Assembly: GCA_964234715.1 (NCBI GenBank)
Contig: OZ174276.1
DNA length: 64,000 nucleotides
Direction: 5' to 3' (one strand)
Origin: Podarcis melisellensis
Taxonomy: Eukaryota
Shown here: positions 22,666 through 36,376 of the stretch, in pieces
How the letters are laid out: each line of letters starts with the position of its first letter
How positions within the stretch are numbered: the stretch's first letter is position 1
Translations under genes and position numbers: made by a program
The notes under the pieces: generated by a model
What the model saw: only the letters and a program-made list of their open reading frames with translations
Database searches by the model: none
What the model was told of the DNA's origin: nothing

Positions 22666-23798
22666 AAGCCCTGCACTAGAAAAATGCAATGGGTACCCCA
22701 CTTCTGTTCATAGCCAATAGACTGTGAAGGCCAAGAAAGATAGGGATGGGAAATGTCCCCTTTCTCAAATTTTCTAGGTTTCCACATCTCTTAATGGCCA
22801 AGCAGGGGCATATGCCAGCCATCAAATGACAACATAAAACCCAGCTTTGTAGTAGACTATGCCTCAATGCACAACCATACAAATAAATATAATGAAATGG
22901 CCAAAATCTAAATGTGGAATGTCTCTTCACTGCCTTTCAGCTCCCAGCTGGAAAGCACGACACCTGTATGGTATCTCTGGCTGCTTCTACTTCTCAAGCA
23001 CCAATGCCAGTATCACACAGTGAATCGTGCTTTAAGTTTGGGTGCAACTGTTCCAGGTTTAAAGCTTTGCTCAGCTTAAGGCAACCCACTTTCAGAAAAC
23101 ATACTGCAAAACATAAACACAATTAATTGACAGTAAATGTCAGTGAACAGAATGAGGCTTACTTCCCAGCAAGCACATTTACCACCATGCTGCAAACCTA
23201 ATAACCCAAAAAATACAGGAATTTCCATAACCAAAGAAGTAGATTAGGACACAGTGAATTTAAGAGACTGAGAGTGCAACCCATGTTTCCTTGGAAGTAT
23301 ACCTCATTGTTCAATAGAGCTTATTCCCTTGGGCAGCAGCCTTGGCCAAGCATTCTCTTGTTCCCTGTAAGAGACATTTCACTGAGGAATTTATAATGGA
23401 TTGTAAGTCCTATGCTCCTTTGGGAAGAAGAGGATAGAAATTTACTAACTAAATTAGGGCTGGCTAACTTGTGGCCCCACAAGTGCTGTTGGATTTGCAG
23501 TTTCTATCAGTAACACCTGGAGGGCCACAGGTCAGCCACCCCTGCCTAAAATTTGACCAGAACACCTTCAGCTATAGGGGAAATAGATTTATACAAATTG
23601 TATAGCCTTTGTACCATATAGTGTAATTAATGCAAACTCAAAAGCAGAAATCTAATTTCTGTAAGTATCATTTGTCATCATGTTTTTACATTTAGCAGAA
23701 ATGAAGGAACTGTGGTGTTTTGAATAATATGTAAAAAAGAAAAAGGCAAAATTATTCAACCCTACTATATATTGCAAAAACAGGTGTTTGCAATTTAC

Positions 23799-23919
23799 CT
23801 TTCACAACAGTTCTGGTTGCACTTTCCTGCAATGAAGTCTTGAAAGTGTCAAATCCAAACACTTTTTTCAGAGTTCGTTGAACTCTATCGTCTAGTCTTG
23901 AGGAAGAGCAGTTACTCAT
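23799..23919 (-). CDS. RECQL5: RECQL5 first coding exon (exon 2): [40 protein letters not shown]
   Basis: RecQ motif 0 (LKKVFGF..FK..LQ); ATG at 23919; acceptor CTCCAG so the exon starts at 23933; donor AAG|GTAAAT. Confidence 0.95.
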
Positions 23920-24599
23920 CTTATAAGGAGATACTGGAGATAATTCAAAATAGAGATAAGGAGAGGATCGTTGTGCAATTATGATTGCCTGCTACAATCC
24001 ATCATTTAGCCACAAGCGGCTTCTCAGGGCAGGCAGAGTGGAACAGCCCCATTTAGATATACCCAAACTTACTTATGTCCACACTTTCCTTTTGGCACAA
24101 ACATCTACATTCAGCTATGTTCTCTAATCCAATAAAACAGAAAGAGTTCTCGAAATGCCTGCGCCATCTGAAAAGCCAAAGATGTAGGCGCAGCAGAAGA
24201 GGACGCTACCTGAAAGCAAAAATACCTCTCATAGCAGAACACACTGCTTCTGATTAGCTGCTGCGAGTCACGTTTAGGCTGTTTTTCTTCGCTCCTACTA
24301 ATCCTACGGCTGCTTTTTAAGTTATGTTACTTCCTCTGAAGCCTGACCTCAAACCCATTTATACATCCTTTTAACCCAACTCACATGCCAGCTCTTTCAG
24401 GGGAAAGAAACTGAAACAGTTCCTAAGCACAAAGGTAAATCAGCTCCCACCCTTACTGTGTAGCCATAACACTACGATTCTTAACGACCCTCTTCCTCCT
24501 GAATTTTACTAGAGTTGCAAGGCCTTCCCTGACCAGTTTTCATTTTCTTTTCCCCAAATAATGTCCAGCTGCCCAGAACTACCACAGATAAAGCGGGAG

Positions 24600-25310
24600 G
24601 GCGAAAGAGCGGGGACTACGTGGAGAGCCTCAGCCCGGCTTTCGACTTCGCGCGCCCTCCAGTACCCTCCGTCTCAGAGAAGGCAGGCCACTGGCTCCCA
24701 GCTACGCCTCTGTCAGAGCGAGTGTTTTAGTTTTACAACATCGTCCAACGACACCCCTGGGCCCTTCCGAGTCGCCGCTTACCGCCCACCCGCCACCCGC
24801 GCGCTCAGGCAGTTTCCGGCAGCGGCACGGATTGGGCGCGCGGCGAGATGACGTCCGCGACGGCTTCCGTTCGGGAGGCTATAAGAGCGGTTGCCGCGGC
24901 AACAGCATTTTCCCCAGCAGCCCGCCTCGTGCGTCACTCGCGCGCGCCGGAAGGCAATTCGCTCGCGACGCTCAGATAGAAGAAAATGGCGGCGGCGAAG
25001 AAAAGCGTCCTCTCTTCTTTGGCCGTTTATGCTGAGGATTCCGAGCCCGAATCCGATAGTGAGGCCGGTGGAGCGGCCAGCGAGCGAGGAGCAGGGACGA
25101 CGGGTGAGGCCTTGGTGGGACTATGGCGGAGCGGGGAGGGAATTAAGGAATAATGAGTGTTCGGGGATGTCTTTTTTTACGCCGGGGCCTCCACGGAAAG
25201 CTGGAGGGGTCTGTGGTGGGAGGATATTCCCCGCCCCGCCGCTGTTCGGTAAAGGGGGGAAATAATCACGCTTCTCTGGGATGATGGAAGACGACGTGGC
25301 GTTTCGCCAA
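24600..25310. promoter_or_regulatory. CpG-island bidirectional promoter of RECQL5 (-) and SAP30BP (+), including probable non-coding RECQL5 exon 1
   Basis: CpG-dense; - strand donor GCG|GTAAGC at 24783/24782; ATTGG 24831-24835; TGACGTC 24849-24855; ETS CCGGAAG 24947-24953; YY1-like AAAATGGCGGC over the SAP30BP ATG. Confidence 0.88.
24986..25103 (+). CDS. SAP30BP: SAP30BP exon 1: MAAAKKSVLSSLAVYAEDSEPESDSEAGGAASERGAGTT
   Basis: Matches recalled human KK.VLSSLAVYAEDSEPESD; donor G|GTGAGG. Confidence 0.96.
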
Positions 25311-25367
25311 GCAGCATTTTCTGCCTAGCGTTACTTTGTGTTTAGGGCATATAGTGAGGCTACCTAA

Positions 25368-25731
25368 AATTTACGTGACGGATTTACGTATAAGCTAAAC
25401 AAGCTATAGCTAGGGCCCCACTCTCTTGGGGGGGGGGGGCAAAAAAAAATTTAAAGGAAAAAAACTGGATGTAAATTTCCAAAATATAAGATAAAAAAAC
25501 AAATAAAATAAAACCTACATACAGCAGCAGTGTTTTGTGTTGTGTAGGCTCCTATTATGTGCTAATGGCTTTAGATACCTATTAGGTCCATAAATTATCA
25601 TATAGCATATATTCAAGGCACCAAAAAGTCACAATTTGTTGTTGACAAAGGACAGCTGGACATATAAAGGGTCCCATTATCTTCAGAAGCTTAGGGCCTC
25701 AACAAATCTAAATCTGGCCCTGACGTAAATT
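25368..25731. mobile_element. probable non-autonomous DNA transposon
   Basis: Inverted ends AATTTACGT..GGATTTA / TAAATCTGGCCCTGACGTAAATT; subterminal AGCT(T)AGGGCC at both ends. Confidence 0.5.
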
Positions 25732-26992
25732 ATTGTTATTCGCTGCTGTATTGTGGCTGGCAGTGGATCCCAAAAGCTTGGGCTGTTGGCTCTTTCTTGG
25801 CATTAGTGCTTGATATCCTTTTAAATGGAGGTGCTTGGCATTAGGCATTCTACTTATAAAGCATATGTTGCACCACTGATTTATTTCCCCATCCCCAAGC
25901 CTACAAAGGACCTTAGTCCCTTCCCCCTCCCCCGTGATGTCTGCCTTCCAGCCAGTTTTCTTTCTCAGAGCTGTATTTCAAATGCCTATGATTCAAAACT
26001 AGCTTCTGATGTGCAGCCACAGTGGAACCTTTATAACTAAAATGTGCTGTTAGCTTCTTAACAACAACAACAACTGCTGCAGTATGCAGCTGCAGTGTTT
26101 GATTTTATGAAAGCTGTGAATTGTGTGCCCAAATTTGTAATTATCGGGGCCACCACACAATTTTAAGGGCCCCTTGCAGTTGTTTTTGTCTGTATGTGTA
26201 TTGTTATAAGAATTCTAATGTCTCAAATATAGATTAAATGTTCATAAATGTAACCATGTATATAAACCACATATCTAAAATAGTACAGGGCAGCAATCCT
26301 GAAGCCATTTTGTCGCTTCCAAAAGGGCCTCAAATATTTCTCTGCAGTTGGAGGGAGTTTTCCAATTGTCTTTTCACCTCCAAATCCAGTTAATAAAACT
26401 ACCTGTAATGTAGCGGCTAACATCTCCCAGCAAATTCAGTCTGGCAAGAACCTGTTAAGGTGAGCAGGCCATCAATACGTGTAAATTAGTAAAGAAGATA
26501 TTCAGGAACTATAGTATTTACCAACTCAAAAGGAATGGCCTGGCTACCCAGGCAATGCAATCAGAAAGGTGTTATCAGGTACCTTGATAGACAGGAGAGA
26601 AGTTGCACTCAGATTTCTGCTGGAGACTGCCTTCTTCTGTGATGTATGGATGATGTTTTTGGGGTGGTCTTGGGCTAAGGGGTGTGCAGTTTCAAAAGTC
26701 TTTATAGGGGCTTGCACACCTTTATTCTGGGTCTCTCTCACCTCCTTGCAACAGATAATGAAATATATTCTTTTCTTTCACTGGATCCTTGCCTCCATCT
26801 ATGCATCTCTGACTAATCATGGACTATGGGGACTCAGTCCCTTGGGGAGTTGGGCAGCAAAAGCCAACCCCCCATTTTCCTACAAAAACACATGCTATTG
26901 TTAAATCTGTATCAATCTCTTGCATGTTTCCAGTGGAATACCAAATGATCACTAACTTGATTTTTATTTTTCCCTTGTTTTGGATGAGGTAG

Positions 26993-27102
26993 AAGAAAAA
27001 GGAGGCTTGGTGTCAGAAGGCTACGGAGAGGATGATTTCAGTAAAATGGAGGGAGAGGAGGATGGTTATGATGACGATGAAGATGAAAATAGTAGACAAT
27101 CG
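26993..27102 (+). CDS. SAP30BP: SAP30BP exon 2: EEKGGLVSEGYGEDDFSKMEGEEDGYDDDEDENSRQS
   Basis: Acidic region homologous to human; 110 nt; TAG|AA acceptor, TCG|GTAGGT donor. Confidence 0.94.
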
Positions 27103-27283
27103 GTAGGTATATAATTATATTAATGCTGTCTATACAAAATTCTTTTGTGCCTTCCACTTTGTAATAGATTTGCCGGGCTCCTCACCTCTTATTTCTTTCT
27201 CTTATTGCTATGTATGTGCTTATGGAGTTATGGCTTAAAATGTCAGAAAAGTAAATCTTAACACATCTGGAAGTATGACTTTT

Positions 27284-27421
27284 CATAGAACTGTAGAGTT
27301 GGAAGGGACAACTGGGGTAATGTTGTCCAACCCCCTGCAAGGCAGGAATCCTTTACCCAAAGTGGTGCTTGAACCCACAACCCTGAGATTAAGAGTCTCC
27401 TGCTCTACCAACAAGCCATCC
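27284..27421 (-). mobile_element. tRNA-Lys(CTT)-headed SINE with CR1-like tail
   Basis: Reverse complement shows GGTAGAGCAGGAGACTCTTAATCTCAGGGTTGTGGGTTCAAG head and ...TTCCAACTCTACAGTTCTATG tail. Confidence 0.75.
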
Positions 27422-28825
27422 CTTCAGTCTTATAGTGGGCTCTTTGGCACCCACTTGTTACAGTAACATTCTCTATGGCTCCTATTTAAGTTGTCAGTTC
27501 TTTTACTAAGTGGTCGGTCCCCTAGACAAGTTGTAAAAGAAACTTAGTTGTATTTCCTCCCCTCCAATTTTAAGGAACAACATTATCTCAAATAAGCTGT
27601 TAAAATGTATGACGAAAGATGTCTGAGAAGGGTCTGTGGTAGACCTGTAGTCTAGGATATGCTGGAGAAGGTGTTCCTTAACACCATATATTTTATTATG
27701 GTAGTAAATTCCATTTCCTGCACTGTGTGAGAAATGTCTAGAACACAAGAAGATGAAGTGGGGCGGGGGGGAATCTACAATACAGTTTATATTAAAATAG
27801 TTGCTTGATGATGTTGGCAATATTAGCATGACAGACATTTGAAATGTCTTGTCCTATACCTGGTTTGTGTGTGTCGGGTTGTAACTGTATAAATTTCATC
27901 CTGTAACCTGTCAGAGGGAGAGGACAATTTGCTCCAGTTGTTTTGCAGTAATGGTTTCTTGCTGGGTTAAGATTTTTTAGCATTGTGCTTATCATTATCT
28001 GTAAAATTGCTAGAGCAGAAACTTTTTTTCATTTTATAGTACTCGTTTCACCTTTCACAGCCCTTTCCAACAGAAGTCATGTGCATTTCTGTTTGTTTTT
28101 ACTAGTTTGCAAGAAGCAATGTACTACTGCAGTATATGTGGCTTCCTGTCTGCATACGTGTTCCTTTTGTCTGGTGACAACTTTGCATATGTATATTGTT
28201 CAGAAATAAAAATTAACAACATTCTTAGAACCAAACACATTAAAAAGTAAATATCTTGAGGATAGTTTTTCAGACTATGGTCTAATTCCCTATTTTTCTG
28301 TATGGTATTCACTTTAGCTTGAATAACAGTGCCTATAATTGGTATTATTTTACCTGAGAACAAAGCATGTTTGTATTGAGTGGAATTTTTATTTAATGTT
28401 TTACATAATACAGTTACTAAGCTTTTGTTCTTGTTAAAACTTAGGTAATCCATTTTATTGGGAATGGGATGAGGGTAAACTACCTTTTTATAGTCTTGGT
28501 TGATTTTTCTTTTGGTGTCTGTGAAATGGCAATTGTTCAGTATACAAGTCTCATAGAGAACCTGCTAGGTCTACATCAGTTGTAAAAAGGTGCACAAAAT
28601 GGGTGTGGTAATAATTTTGGTCTCTGCTGCTGAAAGAGAATGGAAACTTTGGGACTTCATTGAATTGATCTTTAGCAATTATCAGAACCAACAGATTGGT
28701 AATGTAACTTCAAGGCAATACTTGTATGCTGATCTTCTTAAATACTGTCTTCCCCATTCTCACATTGATTTCATCTTCACCAACAATTTGGGTTGTCCTC
28801 TTCAGAGGTGTGGATTTTGTTGGTT

Positions 28826-29563
28826 TAAGAGCATAAGAAGAGCCTGCTGGAATGGGCCAAAGGACCATCTTGTCCAACACAGTGGGCAACTAGATACCTA
28901 TAGGAAGCCCACTATCAGAAACTGAGTGCAACAGCACTCTCCTATCCTGAGATTCCTCTGAACTGGTATTCAGAGGCCTACTGCATCTGACACTGGAGGT
29001 AGAACATAGCCTTATCCTCCATGAATTTGTCTAATTTTCTAAAGGCATCCAAACTGGTAGCCATCACTGGGGATGTGGGAGCGAGTTCCATTGTTTAGGT
29101 ATGCGCTGTGTGAAAAAGTATTGTCCTGACTCTTCTAAAATTGAGCTTCATCCATGAGTGTCATGAGAGGGCAAAAAACTTCTCTGCATCTACTTTCTCC
29201 ATACTATGCATCATTTTATCAACTTCTTATTCACCTTTTCTCTAGACTAAAAAGTCCCATATGTTGTAACCTTTCCTCTGTCCCCTTGGTGATGCCCCCC
29301 CGAACCTTTCTAATACAGTATCTTTTTTGAGATAACACAACCAGAACAGTACACTGGTTTCTCAGCATGGTTGCACCATATAATGAATGGCATTTTTATA
29401 TTGGAAGTTCCATATTCAGTCCTTTTACTAATGATTCCTAGCATAGTATTCATCATCTTCTCAGCTGTCACATACTGGATTGATGTTTTTACTAAGCTAT
29501 CCACTACAGCCCCAATGCCTTATTCTTGGTCAGTCACTGCCAGTTCAGACTCTGTGAGCATAT
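28826..29563 (-). mobile_element. decayed CR1 LINE 3' portion
   Basis: TAAGAGCATAAGAAGAGCCTGCTGG tail; degenerate RT C-terminal peptide (NTMLGII..K) in ORF 29310-29504. Confidence 0.75.
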
Positions 29564-29975
29564 ACTGTGTTTTGGAGGTCACAAAATCAGAGAGGTGTTA
29601 ATAATTGCTAGCGTGTTTAGATCTCATGTTTGTTCACTCTTTATGAACAGTCTTTGTATAAAAGAGTGGCAGTGAATAATTTCCGCTTGACACAAGTTTC
29701 TTTTCCTATCTGTGCTGGCCTTTTTGTTGTCTGTTTTTCGACAAATGAAATGTTATATGGGCATTTGGAACCTGTTTGATTAGATGTAGAGATGTCTTGT
29801 TAATGTCATATTTTATCTGAATTGATGTTTTATCCGAGGGAGGGAAAAGCAAGAACAGCTCAGCTGAATGCAGAGGTGAAGCTGGGCTATTTAATGCAAG
29901 TCCCTTGCAACACATGCAAGAACTTGCTGAGCCCACTCTTTTAAAGCTTAATCCTGTAAATTCTTTGTCTTATAG

Positions 29976-30023
29976 GAAGATGACGATTCAGAGACTGAAA
30001 AACCTGAGGCTGATGACCTAAAG
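29976..30023 (+). CDS. SAP30BP: SAP30BP exon 3: EDDDSETEKPEADDLK
   Basis: Near identical to recalled human; 48 nt; AG/GT. Confidence 0.96.
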
Positions 30024-30479
30024 GTATTTGGAAGAGTGTTATGATGGGAATACAGTGTAAATAGCATGATTAGTTCATCATTTGCCTCTCATATTGTTGA
30101 CAAGCTGGTGCAAAATTTTTTGTGGGGTCTCTGGGAACTCTTGAAACACTTAGAAATAGCCCAGATTTTGAAAGGCTACTAAAATGACTTTCTAGAACAA
30201 ATTAGGTAATTCACTACATTATGAAATATTTTGCATGGGTTCTGATGGCTATTGGCTGAAAACCTAGTCCATTCAACAAACATATTGTGAATGATCAGAT
30301 TGCTTCTTGCCATGTGCAAGCATATTTTTCTAAGAGTACATGTGTACTTATTTGAATCTATACAGTGTTTAATACTGCCTTGTGTTTAATAAATACTGGA
30401 GTATGTGGTGAGCCATGCTGCCCAGAAAGTTCTCGTGTTGCCACTCTCCAGACCTAATATGGAGGAACAACATAAAGAT

Positions 30480-30700
30480 GGGCCTCAAATGATTAATGCA
30501 GATTCCGGGATGGTTTATATGGGGGAGAGGTGGTCCTTCAGGTATTGCAGTCCTGAGCTGTTTAAGACTTTATAGGTCAAAACCAGCAGTTCAGATTGGG
30601 CCCAAAAAATAATCGGCAGCCAGTGCAGTTGGGCCAGGATTGGTGTAATATGCTCAAACTGTCTCGTCCCAGTGAGCGACACCAGTGATTTGGTCATAGC
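30480..30700 (-). mobile_element. L2 LINE fragment
   Basis: HITPILAQLHWLPI..LVLTYK.L peptide typical of the L2 ORF2 C-terminus. Confidence 0.8.
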
Positions 30701-32676
30701 AACTGATTTTTGGCACGGGGGTGGGGAGTTGTTGTAAATAATTAAGTGCTGCAGAGTAGACTAAGATGGTGCCACTGGCGTGTGTTCCCCCCTTCCTCCT
30801 CTCTCCTGTATGAATTTGCTTATCTTTTCCAGTTTTGCCCCAAGTGTAGCATTGCAGTATGTACTGATGTCAAGCAAAGTTCAGAGATGATTTGCAGACC
30901 CTGATACAAGCCTGCTGGTTTGTACTAACCTTGGTGAAAATGTTAGAGCAAACCAAGGAAAGGAAAAGCAGGAGCAGTTTCACAGTATGCTTCCTGACCA
31001 TCATTTAGCAGTGTCTGTGCCATGTCAGTGTGATCAGCAGCTATCATTGTATGTTGAATTGTGCTGTGGCCAGAATCTTGGGCATTTCTTGCATTGACAT
31101 GCTAAACTTTATGACGACTAGGTAAACTATACTGATGGTACACTAATGTAATCTTTTCCACATAAACTCTTAAGTTTATTTTGTGATATTTTTTTATATA
31201 AATCTACTCATTTACATAATATTCTAGCATGGTGTTGTCTGTTCTGCCAGTAGTTCTCCAGAGCCTTGGGCAAGCTCCTTTCCCGCTATCCACTAATTTA
31301 AGTAGGGTTTTTCATTTTTTCTGGAGGGCCAGGAATGGAACCTGGGACCTTTTGCATGACATGTGCCATATAGATACTACATTGGATGTATGGAAGCATC
31401 AAAGTTATGCCATACTAGCGGTATTAGAAACACGGATATATAAGCTAGGTGCCAAATGGCTCTTTAAACCAGGGTTACAGTCACCAGAAGGGAATGCCTA
31501 GTTGCCATTTGGGGGCCTGATGGCTCAAAAGTCTTCCCCGCCAACCATACAACTTTTTTGGTCCCTGAAATTCATTCTGATTGTGCAGATCAAATAAAAC
31601 GAATAGAATTGTACAGGATGTGTTGCTAGTGTATGAAAGCAATCAAGATCCAAGGATCCCCAGGGATGCACCTCCAGGTGGTGATTTCAGGTGCCATCCT
31701 GGCTCCCAGGAATCTTCACTCGGTCGCAAGTGGCCGATAGCAAGGGCAAAATGTGCCTAGCGTATATTAAATGCTGTGTACCACATTCCAAAACTACTTC
31801 ATATGTACAAACAGGCCGTTTAAATGGTCTTATTTGGCCTCCTACATTCTGTGTAATGTGGTGGTGCAATACTGTTTTTCTCTTCCTGTCACTGAATCAA
31901 ATACCACTTTTGATCGTGCATGTGGAGCGCTGTGTGTGCCCTTTGAGTTCCTTCTTGTCCTGTAGTTACATCATAACACTTTCTGGGCTGGTTACCTGAT
32001 TATCTGTTATGCAGTACACAGTACAACTTAAATCTCTTAACTGGGTTGAGAGCCCTAACTTATATTCAGAATCACGCTGTCTGTTCAATAGTACACCAGA
32101 AGGTGTCACTGTTCTTCCAGGCGGATTTATCCAAGTTAAGCTACTATAGGTTGTATTAAGCTGCTGTGTGTTCATAAAAGGCTACCACAGTATTTTTTCA
32201 TTTTTGGGACTTGTGCTGCTCTTGTCGATGTTTCTATAGATAATATAGTTAACATATGTGAACAGCATGTTCCAGTAAGCTTTTCAAGTTCAGACATTGA
32301 TGTCAAACAGTGATTTCCTCTTAAGCCCCGGGGCAAGGCTAGTTAAAGTAGTCCAGAGTCTTTTTAAAAAGGAGGCTCTGGATAGAGCAGAAAGATGTCA
32401 CAATTCCTTTGACAATATTACCTTGATACAGTAAAAAATGCAGCAGTAATAAACTACAATCGTTGTATAGCATCTGTTATGTCAATCTGGGGGTTTCATA
32501 GAACCATCTTCTCCCTAGATATTTCTTTAATGTAATTATTTTCAACTATGGGCAAAGAAATGGAGATAATATTTCAACTAGCACTTATACTGAGATATGG
32601 CAAATGCAATGTAGAGAGCATGTTCTAAATAATATGTTGATATAAAAGAAAATTATGAACTGCTTTATTAGTGGCA

Positions 32677-32837
32677 TATATTTTTCCGTGTACTAGGTTT
32701 CCCCCCCTAAAAAATAATGTCAAAAATTAGGGAGCATCTTATACATGGATAGTGCCAATGGTGGATTTTCTTAAATCTCAGTTCCCCAAAATAGGGGGCG
32801 TCTTATACATGGGGGCATCTTCTACACGAAAATACAG
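32677..32837. mobile_element. short Tc2/pogo-like MITE remnant
   Basis: TATTTTTCCGTGTA...TACACGAAAATACAG|TA ends; internal repeated GCRTCTTATACATGG. Confidence 0.55.
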
Positions 32838-35756
32838 TAATTCTATATTGGCTAAATCTGACAGATAAGGGTAATAAGTGCTGGGTGTATGGCCAGTAAT
32901 GGGGCTGACTTTATTCATGTATGGTGGAAATGCCCAGTTATCAATCTTTTTCAGAAAGAAAATTGCATATGTAATTTCTCTCATAATTCATAAGAGTCCT
33001 GCTGAATCAGGCCAAAGGCCCATCTGGTTTCTAAATGTTCTCACAGTGGCCAAATGCCTATGACAAAATGCTATGATACGCTCCCTGGTTCCCCTTTCCC
33101 TGTGGCCTTTCCTCCCCCAGAATAGCAGTGACAGTGACCTGTGGATGAATGCAAACTAGGATTCAAAGGTCAGGAAGGTGGGTAGCATTAAAAGGCAAGT
33201 TCCAGACTTATTTTACCCCTCAAAAAAATCCTTCTATGTTTCCTTAGCTCTGGAAATCTTTGTATCAAGGAAGTAAAGTATTTTCCATGAGCTTGAATAG
33301 ATGGTGTGCACGCTCCATATAACAATAGGGAGTTTTGATATCTTTGAAAGAAAAGCTGTATTTTGCTACTAGTGTGCCCTGGGATAATTAAGAAACTTGC
33401 ATACAGTTACTTATTTTGTATACTTCTTTTGGTCATAGGAAGGGGAAATGAGCTTTGTCGAGTTCTGAAGCCCCCCTAGAAGAAACACTTTCCCTGTGGC
33501 ATTTAAGACTTTCCTCATAATTTCAAGTTTGCTTTTACAGCCATAAAGACTATATATTTGTTCATGAAGGTTTGTTTGACCCCCCCTTAATAAGTATTAT
33601 CATTTATTTAAAGTATTAAATGAACTGCGCCAATGCAACACTTCCCTGGGTGTAATCCAGTTGTTGCTTTGTGCTCACAAGAGGGGTTTTAATCCAGCTG
33701 AGGCTTCAACTAGTGGAAGAGAAAAGGAGTTAATATTTTGACTGTTCACCCTGCAACTCTTTGTGCTACCTTCCATTCTGTTCTGGAGGGTCTACCACCC
33801 GGAGCTGATTTTCAGTGGGTTCTGGGAAGTGGAATCTTCATGAGTATAAGGGCAGCAATTTGTTTCCACCTCTCCTTTTTAAAGAGATTGTCCCAGTTAG
33901 ACTTCTAAAAGAATTCCAGTCACTGAATGCATTGAATAAAAAAATCTAAAAGGGTAACAGCAGAATATGCACCTTAAAGTGTGTGTCTTGCAGAGGACTC
34001 TCCTCAAGGATTCTGTTTCTAAGTTTGAATATAGGTAAACTACAAGAGGTAACAAGTGAGACCATTCCTTCTGCTTAAGTCATCCAGGTAATGTTCACAG
34101 AGGAATAATTAACTTTGCCCATGATTACTAATCTGACTTATGCTGATATGAGCAAGTTAATACACAGTGCCCTGCCCTTTTCAAGTGAGCCTTTGACACT
34201 TGCTTATGTGCTTTAAAACACTTAAAATCCTTTGAGGAGCTCCTTCTCTTTATGCCCCTTTCCAGATTTGGTTAGAATGCTGCCATGTTAGAGTTCTAAA
34301 TTTAAAGTGTTGAATTTGCAATACTTTTTCCTGAACATTACTTCCAGTGATACTCTAAGAAGCCATGTTGACTTCTCACTGTAACTTTGGTATTTGGCTT
34401 TAGCTCTGGTGGGAGTTCAGTGTAAGATGTGAAAGATCAGGTTGTAGCGATACCCTCTCTCCCCTTTACCCCCATTCCCAATGGCATGCTGCTTTTGTAT
34501 AGTACAGTCATGACCTTTGACAAAAAGGCAAGTAGTTTGAACTGTCTCTTGCCCTTTGGAAAGAGCGAAGATTCTCTAGAATCCTTTATTCTGTTGTCGG
34601 ATCCTGTGCCAAGGACTAAAGTCTGCAAATAATGGATCATAAATTGCCACCCCTGGTCTTTAACAGGAAGAGGTATTCAGATGGTTACTTAAAATGCCAA
34701 GAGGAATGAGGGGCACAGTGTGAGTCATGCACTGTCTATTGTGAGTCAAGGTTAGAAAACCACTGATAGGCTATAGGGATCACCAACTGCCAGTCTCTGA
34801 GTCAAATTATCCTACCAGCTACCAATCCAGATGCAAGAGGGGTATAGGTGGAAATAGGAGATGTACTAGTAGAACTTTCTAGCAGGTCATTTCTGGGAGT
34901 AGGGGTACCACCTTGGCACAACCATTTGCTTCTCAAAGTAACCCTCTTAGCAAAAACTAGTTGGTGTCTGGTCTAGAAAGTAACATATGGTTGTCCCTCA
35001 TGCATCTAAGCCTAACGTAGTGGGTTTGATGGTTAATCCAAACAGGAGCCAAAAAAAAAAAAAAGGAAACCCAGAACAAAGTCTCTGTCTCCTTCATTAC
35101 TTCTTTCTGCCCAGTTATTTATACTATAAAAGTGAATGAGGGAATGAAACTTCCTAGGACCTTTGTAGAACAGCTTTGGTTAGCTGTTTGGAAGATGAGA
35201 CATGTCCATTACGTGTCTGCTTGTTCTTCCCACAGCAGGAGTGCAAGCTGCAACAAACCCCTGACTCCCTCAAGTGTTGAATACCACAGATTGTTGACAT
35301 GGGTGTGGTGTGGCTTTCAAATGGGAGGGAAGGGTATTTTAGATTGTGTTAGCTGCCAGGGGAAAAAAACTACCCTTCCCAAATGCCCCTTGCTGAGAGA
35401 CCTGATGACTTGAGCTAGATGGGCACTGTTCTTTCATTGCTATTTCGTGACTGTTGACATTCTTGCATTAAAAAACAAACCAAAAACCATTTTGTATATT
35501 AAGCATGTCAAAACCTATCTTAGGACCCAAGTTAAAAGTGAACACTGCATCTAGTCAGTTTCCGCATCTCACGTCATCAAAAAAGTTACCTCTCTGCAGG
35601 AAATGGCTGTTCCCAGGGCAAATTGAGACTTGTCAGACCATGAGTGTGTTCATCCACATGCCACTAAGCAAAAGTACCATAGAGGTGAGTGCCTCTTGTG
35701 AGAAAAGGTCTTGGGATGAATTCAGTTGCTTTTTAATCCAAAGAGGCTCTCTAGTG

Positions 35757-36077
35757 CATGGGTAGGCAAACTAAGGCCCAGGGGCCAGATCCGGCCTAAC
35801 CGGCTTCTAAATCCGGCCCACAGATAGTCCGGGAAACAGCATGTTTTTACATGAGTAGAATGTGTCCTTTTATTTAAAATGCATCTCTGGGTTATTTGTG
35901 GGGTCTGCCTGGTGTTTTTCATGAGTAGAATGTGTGCTTTTATTTAAAATGCATCTCTGGGTTATTTGTGGGGCATAGGAATTTGTTCATTTCCCCCCAC
36001 CAAAATATAGTCTGGCTCCCCACAAGGTCTGAGGGACAGTAGACCGATCCCCTGCTGAAAACGTTTGCTGACCCCTG
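35757..36077. mobile_element. hAT (Charlie-like) MITE with internal ~70-bp tandem duplication
   Basis: Same family as 4768-5016; TSD CTCTAGTG/CTCTAATG (7/8). Confidence 0.85.
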
Positions 36078-36376
36078 CTCTAATGCTTCCTAAGGAAAGG
36101 TGTTTTTCCCTTTCTGTTTAAGCCAGCCACTATTAGCTGTTCAAATACTGCACATTACTAGTGAGTGGGATTTCTGTTGAGGTATGGAGAGCATGCTGCA
36201 TGAAGCATTAATAGCAACTAGCTGAAAATTGAGAAACCCTGGGGAACTGTAGTGTTGGCACCCTGCCTGAGCAAGACAGTAAAAACCTACAATTCTTAAT
36301 TACGAATGTTCCTAAACATACTTAACAAAATTCAATTGTAGCATACCATTTTCTGACTAAGAGCCAGAAAGTATCT

